Of a DNA stretch of 52,684 nucleotides, positions 9,773 to 19,340 are shown piece by piece. Source of the DNA: Abditibacteriaceae bacterium (GTDB taxonomy: Bacteria; Armatimonadota; Abditibacteriia; Abditibacteriales; Abditibacteriaceae). How positions within the stretch are numbered: the stretch's first letter is position 1; the number at the start of each line of letters is the position of its first letter. The stretch is from the NCBI GenBank assembly GCA_031425655.1, contig JANPJS010000261.1, forward strand, positions 1 to 52,684, given 5' to 3'. A model generated the notes under the pieces. The model made no database searches. It was not told the DNA's origin and worked only from the letters and a program-made list of their open reading frames with translations. The position numbers and the translations under genes are program-made.

Positions 9773-9850
9773 TGAGTTCGTCAGAAGTGCCGAAAGCAGG
9801 GGTTATTTGTAAGCCGTGAAAAGCCCTGCGACAGAGAAAGAGGTCATATC

Positions 9851-10681
9851 ATCACTGATTTAAATAGGTTTCTGGAAGTCGCCAAACACGCCGTCCGCGC
9901 GGCGGCTGAAGAGGTCATGGCCGTGCAGCGTGCTGCCGGATTCGGGATGCTGCTGAAAACAGACGGCAGCCCCGCGACCGAAGGAGACCGGCGCGCCGAG
10001 AAGAAGATCGTCGAAATTCTCAGCACGGCCTTTCCCAGCCACCGGCTCATGGGTGAAGAATATGGCGTCTTCAATCCCGAAGCCTCCGACGAATTCACCT
10101 GGGCTTTTGACCCGATTGACGGCACATGGTCGTTTCTGAACCAAGAAACCACCGCCTGCGTGAATCTGGTGCTCCTGCATCAAGGCAAGCCCTTAGTCGG
10201 CGTGGTTTTCAATCCCTGGACTCAGGAACTCTACGAGGGCGCCCAGGGCCAGCCGACACGGCTGGACGGACGAGAACTGCCGCTCACGCGCTGGCCGCAT
10301 TTAAAGGACGGAACCCTGAATTACCATCTGGCGAGAAACTGCCGTCCGCAGATCGACGCCATTTTACGCGCTTGGGAAGCGGGCGAAATCGGTAAGCTCA
10401 TCAGTGCGGGCGGCTCCCCAACGTATAGCTTCGCCCAGACCGCCAAAGGCGCCCATACGGCCTTTGTCGTGGGACACAAGAGCGTCCCTCCTGATGCCTG
10501 GGACTTATCGACCGGCGTTCTCTTAGTGCGCGGCGCGGGCGGACGTGTGACTGATCTCAACGGCCATGATATTGATCCGCTCACCCACCAGGATTTTATG
10601 GTGGCAAGCACGCACCCAGACGTGCATAACGAACTTCTTGAAGTGCTGCGTCGTGAAGGGTTTGCCAACTCCAAAGAATAG
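9851..10681 (+). CDS. Inositol monophosphatase family protein
   Basis: LMGEEYG, WAFDPIDGTWSF, WDLSTGVLLVRGAGGRVTD. Homologous-looking sequence extends upstream of ATG 9917 to ATC 9851. Confidence 0.85.
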   Translation: MTDLNRFLEVAKHAVRAAAEEVMAVQRAAGFGMLLKTDGSPATEGDRRAEKKIVEILSTAFPSHRLMGEEYGVFNPEASDEFTWAFDPIDGTWSFLNQETTACVNLVLLHQGKPLVGVVFNPWTQELYEGAQGQPTRLDGRELPLTRWPHLKDGTLNYHLARNCRPQIDAILRAWEAGEIGKLISAGGSPTYSFAQTAKGAHTAFVVGHKSVPPDAWDLSTGVLLVRGAGGRVTDLNGHDIDPLTHQDFMVASTHPDVHNELLEVLRREGFANSKE

Positions 10682-10840
10682 TTGTTTCCAGAAACAATGG
10701 AATATGAGAACCGCAGCGCCAGGAAGGTCAAAAGATAGGCGATGTCGAAGGCAGGGGTTTGAAGTGTTCGATTCCGACTAAAGTGAGTTGTTTTGGTTAC
10801 CTGGCATGGTGCGTCCGGCGTCGAATCTAAAATACGGCCC

Positions 10841-11245
10841 ATGAAAATAGCTCAACTGCTCGACTGGGATGAAAACGACTTCTTGCATTGTCTTGAAGTG
10901 CAGCCAGTCGTCGAAGATGATGGGTTAGAGTTTCATTACCGCGTTCAAAAGAACGGCCTTGCTCTCGCTGTCACGGTCATTCCCCACTGCAATTCAGTTA
11001 TCTTCTCGCTGTCCCAGGAGGGCAACGAACTTCCTACACTGTCCTTTTGCTTGCTGGTTATGGGCGGCGTTAGTTACCACAAGGACAAACGAGGCGAGCA
11101 TTTGCGCTTCAGCAAATGTATGATCGTAAACGAACCCTATTCGTATTACGGGGAAGAATTAGAAGAGGCCAAGAACGAAAAGCACACTTTCAATCTAACG
11201 GCAGAGCTTTTCATCAAGCCGCATATCCGTATAAAGTTCGATTGA
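10841..11245 (+). CDS. Hypothetical protein resembling the Ypar14 integron-cassette family
   Basis: LDWDENDFLHCLEVQPVVEDDGLEFHYRVQKNGLALAVTV...FIKPHIRIKF pattern, recalled from memory. Confidence 0.5.
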   Translation: MKIAQLLDWDENDFLHCLEVQPVVEDDGLEFHYRVQKNGLALAVTVIPHCNSVIFSLSQEGNELPTLSFCLLVMGGVSYHKDKRGEHLRFSKCMIVNEPYSYYGEELEEAKNEKHTFNLTAELFIKPHIRIKFD

Positions 11246-11296
11246 GATGGCCTTTACGGTAGTTCTACGCCGCGCAAAACGGCAAATCAGGGCTGG

Positions 11297-12292
11297 ATGT
11301 TATTAACCATTTTGTTGACGGGCTACCTGTTGGGCGCTTCGATAGCCGTATACGCGGCGCCAGCACCGGGCGGGAAATCGCCCGCGAAGCCTGTTGCCAA
11401 AGCCGCCGCACCGTCTAAGCCCACCACCTCGGCGGTGCCTACTGGGTATAACATTGCACGCTTTGTCTTGCCGCCTGCGACTTACCTGAGTATGCCACGC
11501 AGAATCTCTCAAACCTCTGCGCTACCCTTGAAGGTTCGTGGCCCAGTGTATTTGCCAAAAGGCGCCGCTAACATTGCTTTGCATAAGCCGGTTTCATCCA
11601 GCGACGACAAACCCGCCGTTGGCACACTCGCGATGATTACCGATGGTGACAAACAGGCGACCAGGCGAGTCTGGGCCGATTTCGGTTCTGTCAAGACGGA
11701 GATGCTTGAATACGCTTATTGGGTCGGACTCGCCTCCGGCACACAATGGGTTCAAATCGACCTGCAAGGCACCCATGCCATCAGCGGCATTTTACTTTGG
11801 CACTATTACGGAGAGTCGCGCGTTTATCGGGATGTCGTAATTCAGGTGGCCGATGATGCCGACTTCGTTGAAAATCTGCAAACGGTCTACAACAACGATG
11901 GAGACAATTCGTCCGGCCTCGGCATTGGCACCGACCGTGAGTTCTACGAAAGCCATCAGGGGCAGTGGATACCGCTCCCGTCGGTGAAAGCACGCTTTGT
12001 TCGTCTTTATAGCCAGGGCAATACGAGCGATCCGAAGAACGATTACACAGAGGTCGAGGTGTGGGGCCTGCTCGCTAAGGCTCAGCCAGCGCCGTCCCAA
12101 GTGAAGGCCGCAGACCGCAAATTACCTGTGAAAACACCGGCACCCGTTAGGCGCCCGGTGAAAGTGAAGCCGAAAAAGCCAGCGCCGCCCTCAACGTCTC
12201 AGCCTGCTAAGGCTGGCGCGAAGAAAACTCCGCCGCCAGGGATGATGGAGGCGCCGCTTGTGCTGCCGCCTGTGACACCGGACTATTTATGA
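11297..12292 (+). CDS. Secreted discoidin (F5/8 type C) domain protein with Pro/Lys-rich tails
   Basis: Signal peptide; NIALHKPVSSSD, ITDGDK, WVQIDLQG, ARFVRLYSQGN, YTEVEVWG. Confidence 0.8.
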   Translation: MLLTILLTGYLLGASIAVYAAPAPGGKSPAKPVAKAAAPSKPTTSAVPTGYNIARFVLPPATYLSMPRRISQTSALPLKVRGPVYLPKGAANIALHKPVSSSDDKPAVGTLAMITDGDKQATRRVWADFGSVKTEMLEYAYWVGLASGTQWVQIDLQGTHAISGILLWHYYGESRVYRDVVIQVADDADFVENLQTVYNNDGDNSSGLGIGTDREFYESHQGQWIPLPSVKARFVRLYSQGNTSDPKNDYTEVEVWGLLAKAQPAPSQVKAADRKLPVKTPAPVRRPVKVKPKKPAPPSTSQPAKAGAKKTPPPGMMEAPLVLPPVTPDYL

Positions 12293-12351
12293 TGCTGAGG
12301 CATTCACGAACGTAACGTTTTTTGGCCTTATCAGCAGACGCTCAATCGGCG

Positions 12352-13539
12352 TCAGGAAGATTCCTGCTGACTAAGTCGTAAATTAGACCAAACCTCTATC
12401 TTACCGATCTGCACCTGCATTTTTTCTAAAACTACGAGAGGCAACGGGTTTTTAGCGTGAGGGTTCACGATCAGTTCCATTATCCAACCGATCTGCTCGA
12501 ACGGCATCATAAATATATTTGTAAACACCAATACCCCCGACAAATGCGGCCATAGACTAAAGTAGCCAGGGAGAACTCGTCGGAATTCCCCGAATGCACC
12601 GGGCAGTTGATTTACATCAATTGCTACAACGAAAGGCAATTCTCCTGAACCCTGTAGGCGAGCCGCTTTGTGTTCGACGGGGTTGATGTAACTTGCAACT
12701 GGAACGCCGAAATTGACCCGAATCTGCGGACTCGCAACCGTAGCCTCGCGTGTATCCACCGTTTGTGTGAAAACATAAGATGTCACGGTTCCTTCAGGCC
12801 ACCAATCAGGTGCGGTGTCCCTCTGTCCGCCAGTTATCAAGACATTCGGAAGACGCATTATAGGCTCAGCACTAATGCTCCATTTACCGATAGATTCAAA
12901 GGTAGCAGGTGCAGATAACGTGATCGCTTTGGCCGCCTCAAATAGAGAAGCCTCTTCGTCTGCGTCTAAAACATTCGTAATATGCACGTTTAGATCGAAA
13001 GGGTAATGAAGTGCGTGTAATCTGCCAGCAATGTTATGGGAAAATCTTTGCCTTTCGACAAATGCTTGTTTTTGGGCTGCCCGCGTGACCTCCATTTCTA
13101 TGACTTCATCGTTCCACCCAACCAGAAAATCAGGAGTGCGGCCTTTGTCCCGCTTTACGTTTTCTGCGCCCGTCGCGCCCAGTGCCACGGCAAGTGCTAC
13201 TGCATTCACCTCAGATAGGTCGTCAGGATTCGGCGCACCATTCTTGCTGATTGCTGTTCCGATAGCTGATCGAAGCCGGTCAAAGGTTTTATTCCCCACA
13301 AGAAAGGACAATGGGAAACCAGTGCTGACTATAGTCATAGCACCGAAGAGACTCGAAACATCAGGGTGCCAATCGCCCAATTCCGGTAGTTCTTCGACAG
13401 CGCGCACCGACGCTAAAACTACAGGCGTTGTATCGCCTGGTAAAACGCTTTGAAGAGAGTTAAATATGTCACTCACTTGGGAGTCTCTTTTTGTTAGTAG
13501 CGAATTTACTCCACACGGGCACGCGGAACGTGTATCCAT
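12352..13539 (-). CDS. Hypothetical protein with restriction-endonuclease-like PD-(D/E)XK motif; start uncertain (alternative GTG 13476)
   Basis: SEVNAV...RTPDFLV...IEMEVT; visibly more AT-rich than its neighbours. Confidence 0.6.
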   Translation of the reverse strand: MDTRSACPCGVNSLLTKRDSQVSDIFNSLQSVLPGDTTPVVLASVRAVEELPELGDWHPDVSSLFGAMTIVSTGFPLSFLVGNKTFDRLRSAIGTAISKNGAPNPDDLSEVNAVALAVALGATGAENVKRDKGRTPDFLVGWNDEVIEMEVTRAAQKQAFVERQRFSHNIAGRLHALHYPFDLNVHITNVLDADEEASLFEAAKAITLSAPATFESIGKWSISAEPIMRLPNVLITGGQRDTAPDWWPEGTVTSYVFTQTVDTREATVASPQIRVNFGVPVASYINPVEHKAARLQGSGELPFVVAIDVNQLPGAFGEFRRVLPGYFSLWPHLSGVLVFTNIFMMPFEQIGWIMELIVNPHAKNPLPLVVLEKMQVQIGKIEVWSNLRLSQQESS

Positions 13540-13722
13540 GTCAGTTTCTGGCAAGGGGCGTAAATGATTCTTGTTGTGCCAACGGATCAAAAGCGCCTGC
13601 TCTGGGTATAATTAGAGTGTAACCGGCAGTAATAATACTGCTCCCAAATGTGAATGCGAATCTGATGTCCTGGCCGAAAGCGGTCGGCAATCGGGTTCGC
13701 ATTTTTGGTTTTGAGGTGAAAC

Positions 13723-14532
13723 ATGGAAACAGCACTGGTCGAAATCGAACAAGACACTCAAAAGCGCGAGCCGTGGGATCGGCTCGAAAGTGACGGCGAA
13801 ACACCCGCCGCATACAGCCGCTTTGTGCGCTTTCTCCACCTCGGCCCGCGACGCTCACTGCTGGCCCTCCACCGAGCGGAACTCGCCGAACGGGCTGCCT
13901 TAGCCGGAGCAAGACCGAAAAAGCCCGATTCTACCCCCAGCAGTCTCAGGCAACTGGCGGATCGCTGGGAATGGACGAGTCGTTCCGCTCAGTTCGATCT
14001 CGCCGAATTAGCTGCCGACAAAGTGGCCTATCAGCAATCGCGTCGCGAGCGTATGACCCGGCTTTTAGAGACCGAATTCCAGGACTCCCAACTGATGCTC
14101 GACACAGCGCGTGAGGCGTTAAAAACCGGGCACAAGTTCTTTGATCGTCGGGTTGTCGAGAAGCCGGTGCGCGTCGAAACCGACCCGGTTACGGGCGAAA
14201 AGATTCGTGTAATTGAGCGCGTTGTTTTTGTTGAGATGAAAGTTAGCGACATTAACAAAATGCTAATGGATGGCGGAAAAAAGGCCCGGCTCGCCACAGG
14301 ACTCGTTTCGGACAAGGCGCAAGAGGCATTCGTCAACAATCAAGCCGATGAGTATGAAGACCCGGCGGAAGTCGATAGAGAAATCGGCGAAATGTTTCGC
14401 TTGCTCGGTGTTACCAATCGCGTGCCCCAGGCATTGCCTGAAGGCGCTGACAGCGAAGCGGATGAACTGCCCGGCGACATCCAACCACCCGTTAATCTCA
14501 CCGGCGAACTTCTGCCAGGTTTCGACTACTGA
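13723..14532 (+). CDS. Phage terminase small-subunit-like protein
   Basis: PWDRLESDGETPAAYSRFVRFLHLGPRRSL...LRQLADRWEWTSRSAQFD resembles the WER..GE..AY.AF..Y...G..RSL...W...W.W..RA..YD family. GAGGTG RBS. Confidence 0.6.
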   Translation: METALVEIEQDTQKREPWDRLESDGETPAAYSRFVRFLHLGPRRSLLALHRAELAERAALAGARPKKPDSTPSSLRQLADRWEWTSRSAQFDLAELAADKVAYQQSRRERMTRLLETEFQDSQLMLDTAREALKTGHKFFDRRVVEKPVRVETDPVTGEKIRVIERVVFVEMKVSDINKMLMDGGKKARLATGLVSDKAQEAFVNNQADEYEDPAEVDREIGEMFRLLGVTNRVPQALPEGADSEADELPGDIQPPVNLTGELLPGFDY

Positions 14533-14848
14533 CCCTCTGTGGCACGCGGTGCGCCACGCTACCGCGAGAACCCACTCAGACACTCAAAAGGACTAATCGG
14601 CCCGTCCTGGCGATCCTGGCGCGGTTGCTGGCCGTTGTGGAGTGCCAGCCGTCTGGCGACTAAGAATTCCCACACCGCACAGAAGCACTGAGGCGCGATG
14701 CCAACGGTGACGTGATTGATTCACCTTGTCATGCGGAGCCAGCCGCTTCAAAAGCGTGGCTTGCATATCACAGCATTGGCGGTCTGATCGCTCGCTTCAC
14801 AAGTTATGCTTTAGGTATGAGTCAAGTGATTGTAAGAAAAGGAACCTT

Positions 14849-16612
14849 ATGCGCGTCTCTCATTTTGTTGTTTGCACGTTAGGTCTATTGTCTCTGCGTC
14901 CAAGTCTGGCTCAAAGCCCGGCGCCACCGGCATCGGGCACGCTCTCGAAACTGCCGGTGCGCGAAGTGACGGTTTTCAAGGACGGCCATGCCTTCGTTCT
15001 GCATGAGGGCAGCTTGCCAGTGGACGCTGCTGGTGAACTGGTTCTCGACAACCTACCTACACCCGTCGTCGGCACCTTCTGGCCCTACCAGGTGAACGGC
15101 AAACTGCGCGGTGTGGTAGCCAGCCGTGAGCCGGTGACAACACAACGCATGGCCCTGTCGGTTTACGAACTTCTAAAGGCCAATATCGGCGCCGACGTGA
15201 CAATTATTGACGCAGGAACGCCGAAAAAACGCTTCGACGCCAAGATTCTCGACGTGCCCCAGCCACCGCCCAGTGAGGTGCCAACAGGTGATGCACCCGT
15301 AGATCGCTATGGGCGCTCTATTGTTAGCCCGCAACCGGCTCAACCCGAAGTCATTCTTCTGCAAACCAAGGAAGGTGTGCTGGCACGCTCGCTGGTTTCC
15401 GTCGCACAGGTGATTTTCAAGAATCCGCCACGTCAGACAGCAGCCACCCCTGAGTTCCGCAATCTCATGCGCCTTCAACTCGATGGGCCGAAGCGCCCGG
15501 CAGGATAGGCCGTGCCGGTCGGCATGGTCTATTTGCAAAAAGGCTTGCGCTGGATACCCAGCTATCGTCTGTCCCTTGACGGAAAGGGCAAGGCTGGTGT
15601 GAAGATGCAGGCGACCCTCGTGAACGAGTTGGTCGATTTGCAGGACGCCACCGCTAACTTCGTGATCGGTGTGCCGAGTTTTGCTCTGAAAGACACCGTT
15701 GATCCGCTGTCACTTCAGAACACCTTCGCGCGGCTCTCGCCGCTTTTTGAACCGACCTCGCGTAGCGCAGGAGCGTTCTCTAATGCGATCCAGGCGCAAA
15801 TGGCATCCAACTCCTACCGGCGTATCAACGATGATGCCGCCGAACAACCCGGTAATGCCGCTGGTGTCGCCGAGGGTGGTGCGAATGAAGATTTCTTCGT
15901 GTTTACCGCCAAGAACCTTTCGCTCAAAAAAGGCGAGCGCATGGCGTTTCCGCTTGCAGAATACGCTCTCGACTACAAGGACATTTACACCCTGGAAGCT
16001 CCGGCAAATCCGCCTGTCGAAATCTATCGTAGCCTCAACTACGAACAGCAGACTGCTGTCAGCAAGTCGCTTGTGGCACCCAGGGTGATGCACCAAATCC
16101 GTCTACTAAACACCGGCACCCAGCCACTGACAACAGCCCCGGCCCTGATCGAGAGCAACGGGCGCCTCTTAGCGCAAACGCTCATGACCTATACCGCCAG
16201 CGGTGGCCGCAGTGACCTGGACTTGGCACCGGCGGTGGACGTGACCGTGAAACGTGTCGAAAGCGAAACACAGCGCACCCCCAACGCACTCAAGTGGCGG
16301 GACGAAAATTACACTCGTGTGGAAGTTGGTGGCCGCCTGGTCGTCACCTCGTATCGCAACGAGCCGATCACCCTCGAACTAACCCAACAGTTTATCGGCA
16401 CTGTGGCCGCCGCTCCGGGCGGCGCCATTCGCAAACTGGGCCTGGGCGACGACGATGGTGGCACGGCGAACGGAGCGTTACCCACCTGGTGGAATTACAA
16501 TTCCGGCGACTGGCGAGCGGTCAATGGGCTAAGTTCGGTGAAGTGGACGATTACTGTCGCGGCTAAGAAGAGCATCGAAATTCCGTTCACGTATCACTAT
16601 TTTTGGCGCTAA
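14849..16612 (+). pseudogene. DUF4139/DUF4140-like secreted protein interrupted by an in-frame TAG (15506-15508)
   Basis: LPVREVTVFKDGHAFV N-terminal part and YLQKGLRWIPSYRLSL...FTYHYFWR C-terminal part lie in the same frame, separated only by TAG-GCC. Confidence 0.75.
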
Positions 16613-16613
16613 C

Positions 16614-17597
16614 ATGAAAGCCATTGTTATCACTCGGCCCGGCGGCCCCGACGTGCTGGAAGTCCAAGAGCGCCCTCTGCCCGAACCAGGCACCAGCGAA
16701 GTGCGCGTCCGCGTCTTGGTAGCAGGGTTGAACCGCGCTGACATTTTGCAACGTCAGGGCAAGTATCCAGCGCCGCCCGGCGCTCCTTCAGACATTCCCG
16801 GCCTTGAGATCATGGGCGTTGTCGATGCACTGGGGCCAAATGTGACCGCATTGCAGTCAGGACAGCGTGTCTTTGGCCTCGTGGGCGGCGGTGGCTACGC
16901 AGAATACGTCGTGACGCACGAGCGCCTATTGGCGCCGGTGCCGGAGAGTCTTTCGGATGTCGAAGCTGGCGCCGTGCCGGAAGCCTTCATGACCGCGCAC
17001 GATGCGCTCTTCACGCAGGCTGGCGTGGCTATGGGCGAACGGGTGCTGATCCATGCGATTGGTTCCGGTGTGGCAACGGCAGCCCTGCAATTGGCAAAAG
17101 CCATCGGCTGCATGGTCTGCGGCACCGCCCGTTCCCCAGAGAAGTTAGCGCGGGCGAAAGAGATGGGTCTCGATGTCGCTTTACCCTTGCCTGACTTTGC
17201 GCCTGCGCTCCACGAGGCCACCGGCGGTGCTGGCGTCAACGTCATTATCGACTTCGTCGGCCAGCCTTACTTTCAGCAGAACATCGAAGCTCTGGCGCCG
17301 CTGGGACGCCTGGTGCAGGTCGGCACAATGGCCGGGAGCAAGGCCGAGATCGACCTGGGCGTTGTCATGCGAAAGCGCCTGCGGATCATTGGCACCGTGC
17401 TGCGGAGTCGTCCGCTGGAAGAGAAGATCGGGGTGACAAGGCGATTTGCCGAGCAGGTCGTGCCGCTCTTGGCTCGTGGTGCTGTTAAGCCTGTCGTGGA
17501 TAAAGTGTTCCCGTTTGAAGAGGCGGCGCAAGCGCAGACTTACATGGAAAGCAACAGCAGTTTTGGCAAAGTGTTGCTTCGTGTTGGTGATGCTTGA
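16614..17597 (+). CDS. NAD(P)H-quinone oxidoreductase (PIG3/Qor family)
   Basis: GLNRADILQRQGKYP, IPGLEIMG, GGGYAEY, VLIHAIGSGVATA, GKVLL. Confidence 0.92.
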   Translation: MKAIVITRPGGPDVLEVQERPLPEPGTSEVRVRVLVAGLNRADILQRQGKYPAPPGAPSDIPGLEIMGVVDALGPNVTALQSGQRVFGLVGGGGYAEYVVTHERLLAPVPESLSDVEAGAVPEAFMTAHDALFTQAGVAMGERVLIHAIGSGVATAALQLAKAIGCMVCGTARSPEKLARAKEMGLDVALPLPDFAPALHEATGGAGVNVIIDFVGQPYFQQNIEALAPLGRLVQVGTMAGSKAEIDLGVVMRKRLRIIGTVLRSRPLEEKIGVTRRFAEQVVPLLARGAVKPVVDKVFPFEEAAQAQTYMESNSSFGKVLLRVGDA

Positions 17598-17694
17598 AGC
17601 GCAGCGAGTCTGCTACACCCTGCTTTGCAACTGGACGCGAGCTTCTGCCATAACTTTCCCCGTTCTATCCAGACTCCAGGAATCAAACCTTACA

Positions 17695-18021
17695 ATGAGG
17701 TATCGAACTGTGATTTCACACAAAAGAAATTTGAGCCAACTTCCAAGATTTATCTTCAAGCCTAACAAGAATGAATTGTATGCCTCCATTTTTATCGTTT
17801 CCATAGGTTACTTACGGCCAATTTTCAACCACCCAATAGAGTTTTTTCTCTCCTTAATTTGCTTAGTGTTAGGGGCTTTTTGTCTACTCAACGCCATCAT
17901 GGATTTTGAAAAAATGGGTCTATTCCATCGTGTTCTGTCGATCCTTTGGACTGGGGTGATCTTGAGCCTGGGAGTAAGAGAAGTGGGCGTGTGGACGCTA
18001 ATGTTGAATCAATCCCGTTGA
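17695..18021 (+). CDS. Small AT-rich membrane protein
   Basis: About three hydrophobic segments in the 3' part of ORF 17446-18021. Confidence 0.45.
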   Translation: MRYRTVISHKRNLSQLPRFIFKPNKNELYASIFIVSIGYLRPIFNHPIEFFLSLICLVLGAFCLLNAIMDFEKMGLFHRVLSILWTGVILSLGVREVGVWTLMLNQSR

Positions 18022-18172
18022 ATCACTTTTTCCAGGACATCACACAACGAAAAACAAAGACGCTTCTGCCTGGAAGACACACCAGTTACAGGCGCTCCCG
18101 CGCTGGGTATAATCACATCCGTAAATCTCTCGCGCTAACGCGCACCAAGCCAGTCAAAAACCACAGGAGGCA

Positions 18173-18366
18173 ATGTGTAAATTTTCGTTCTCGTTTATCA
18201 GAACCATCGCTCACGACAGCACGCCGTTTCGCGTGCTGTTGCCTGTGACCGCTGCCCTTAACTGCGAAATCGAAAGCCTCATTGCCTCGACAACCCGATT
18301 TGCTTTGGCCGCTCGTCGGCCCCGTTCATCAACCGTTTCCACTGCGCGTGGGAACGGTTTTGTTTT
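18173..18366 (+). promoter_or_regulatory. Leader ORF and terminator hairpin upstream of the TrmH-family gene; possible attenuator
   Basis: AGGAGG RBS and ATG at 18173. Hairpin AACCGTTTCCAC-TGCGC-GTGGGAACGGTT (18331-18359) followed by TTGTTTT. Confidence 0.5.
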
Positions 18367-18419
18367 GCCCGCCATACCTGGTGGAGCTTCTGTTTTTGGG
18401 CCTTTGTTGCCCCGTTTTT

Positions 18420-19256
18420 ATGAAACATACCACCGAAAAGGAGTTGATCTCCAACCGTAACCACCCAGCCATCAAGCGAATTCACAACCTGCAAAACCGC
18501 ACCGACCGCGACCGCACCGGCTTGTTCTTCGTAGAGGGCCTGCGATTCGTCGCCCAGGCCGTGGAACACAAGGCCCCGATTCGCACCATCGTCTACGCAC
18601 CGGCCCTGCTAAGCAGCCCCTTCGCGCAGCGCCTGGTGCGCCTGCAACGCTACGCAGGCACTCGCTGCCTGGCCGTAGCGCCCGAAGTTCTTCACAGTCT
18701 GGCGCTCAATGACGATCCGCAAGGCATCGGCGCCGTCGTGGAACAGAAGTGGACGCCATTAGCGAGTGTGTCGCCTAAGAAGGGCCTCTGTTGGCTGGCT
18801 CTGGAAACCATAAAATCGCCTGGCAACCTCGGCACAATTGTCCGAACCTGCGACGCAGTTGGTGCTGCTGGTTTGCTCCTGATAGGCGACAACGCAGACC
18901 CTTATCACCCGGCTTGTGTGCGTGCGAGCATGGGCGCCATGTTTACCCTCGATTTCGTCCGCACCGACATGGATGAATTTCTGCGGTGGAAAAAGCAGCA
19001 CGACTGCACCCTGGTTGGCACTTCGCCGTCAGCGCAGGCGGAATACAACGGTGTCGAATATCCTGCTCCGCTTTTGCTTTTTATGGGCGGCGAGCGTAAA
19101 GGATTGTCACAGGAACAGCAGCAGATGTGCGACCTGATGGTGAGAATCCCCATGATTGGCCGCAGCGACTCCCTAAACCTGGCGGTGGCGACGGGCGTGA
19201 TGCTCTATGAGGTTTTGCGGCAACAGAGAGCGGTGATGTCGGTTCCGGCACTTTAG
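18420..19256 (+). CDS. TrmH/SpoU family RNA 2'-O-methyltransferase
   Basis: ISNRNHPAIK, FFVEG, PQGIGAVV, IKSPGNLGTIVRT, RASMGA, MGGERKGLS, IPMIGRSDSLNLAVATGVMLYE. Confidence 0.92.
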   Translation: MKHTTEKELISNRNHPAIKRIHNLQNRTDRDRTGLFFVEGLRFVAQAVEHKAPIRTIVYAPALLSSPFAQRLVRLQRYAGTRCLAVAPEVLHSLALNDDPQGIGAVVEQKWTPLASVSPKKGLCWLALETIKSPGNLGTIVRTCDAVGAAGLLLIGDNADPYHPACVRASMGAMFTLDFVRTDMDEFLRWKKQHDCTLVGTSPSAQAEYNGVEYPAPLLLFMGGERKGLSQEQQQMCDLMVRIPMIGRSDSLNLAVATGVMLYEVLRQQRAVMSVPAL

Positions 19257-19340
19257 CTCTCATGGCAAGGCTGCCAGTCGTTTTATTAGGATTGATGCAA
19301 CGGTTGTGTTTAGCCCTCATTGGAAACGACCGAGACAACG

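Noticed and set aside
7534..12352. attC sites / integron
   Set aside because: No RYYYAAC...GTTRRRY bounded palindromes were found by eye, and there is no intI.
15506..15508. Pyrrolysine or genetic-code reassignment of TAG
   Set aside because: Other genes in the window end normally at TAG (for example 8234, 10681, 31062), and no pyl genes are seen.
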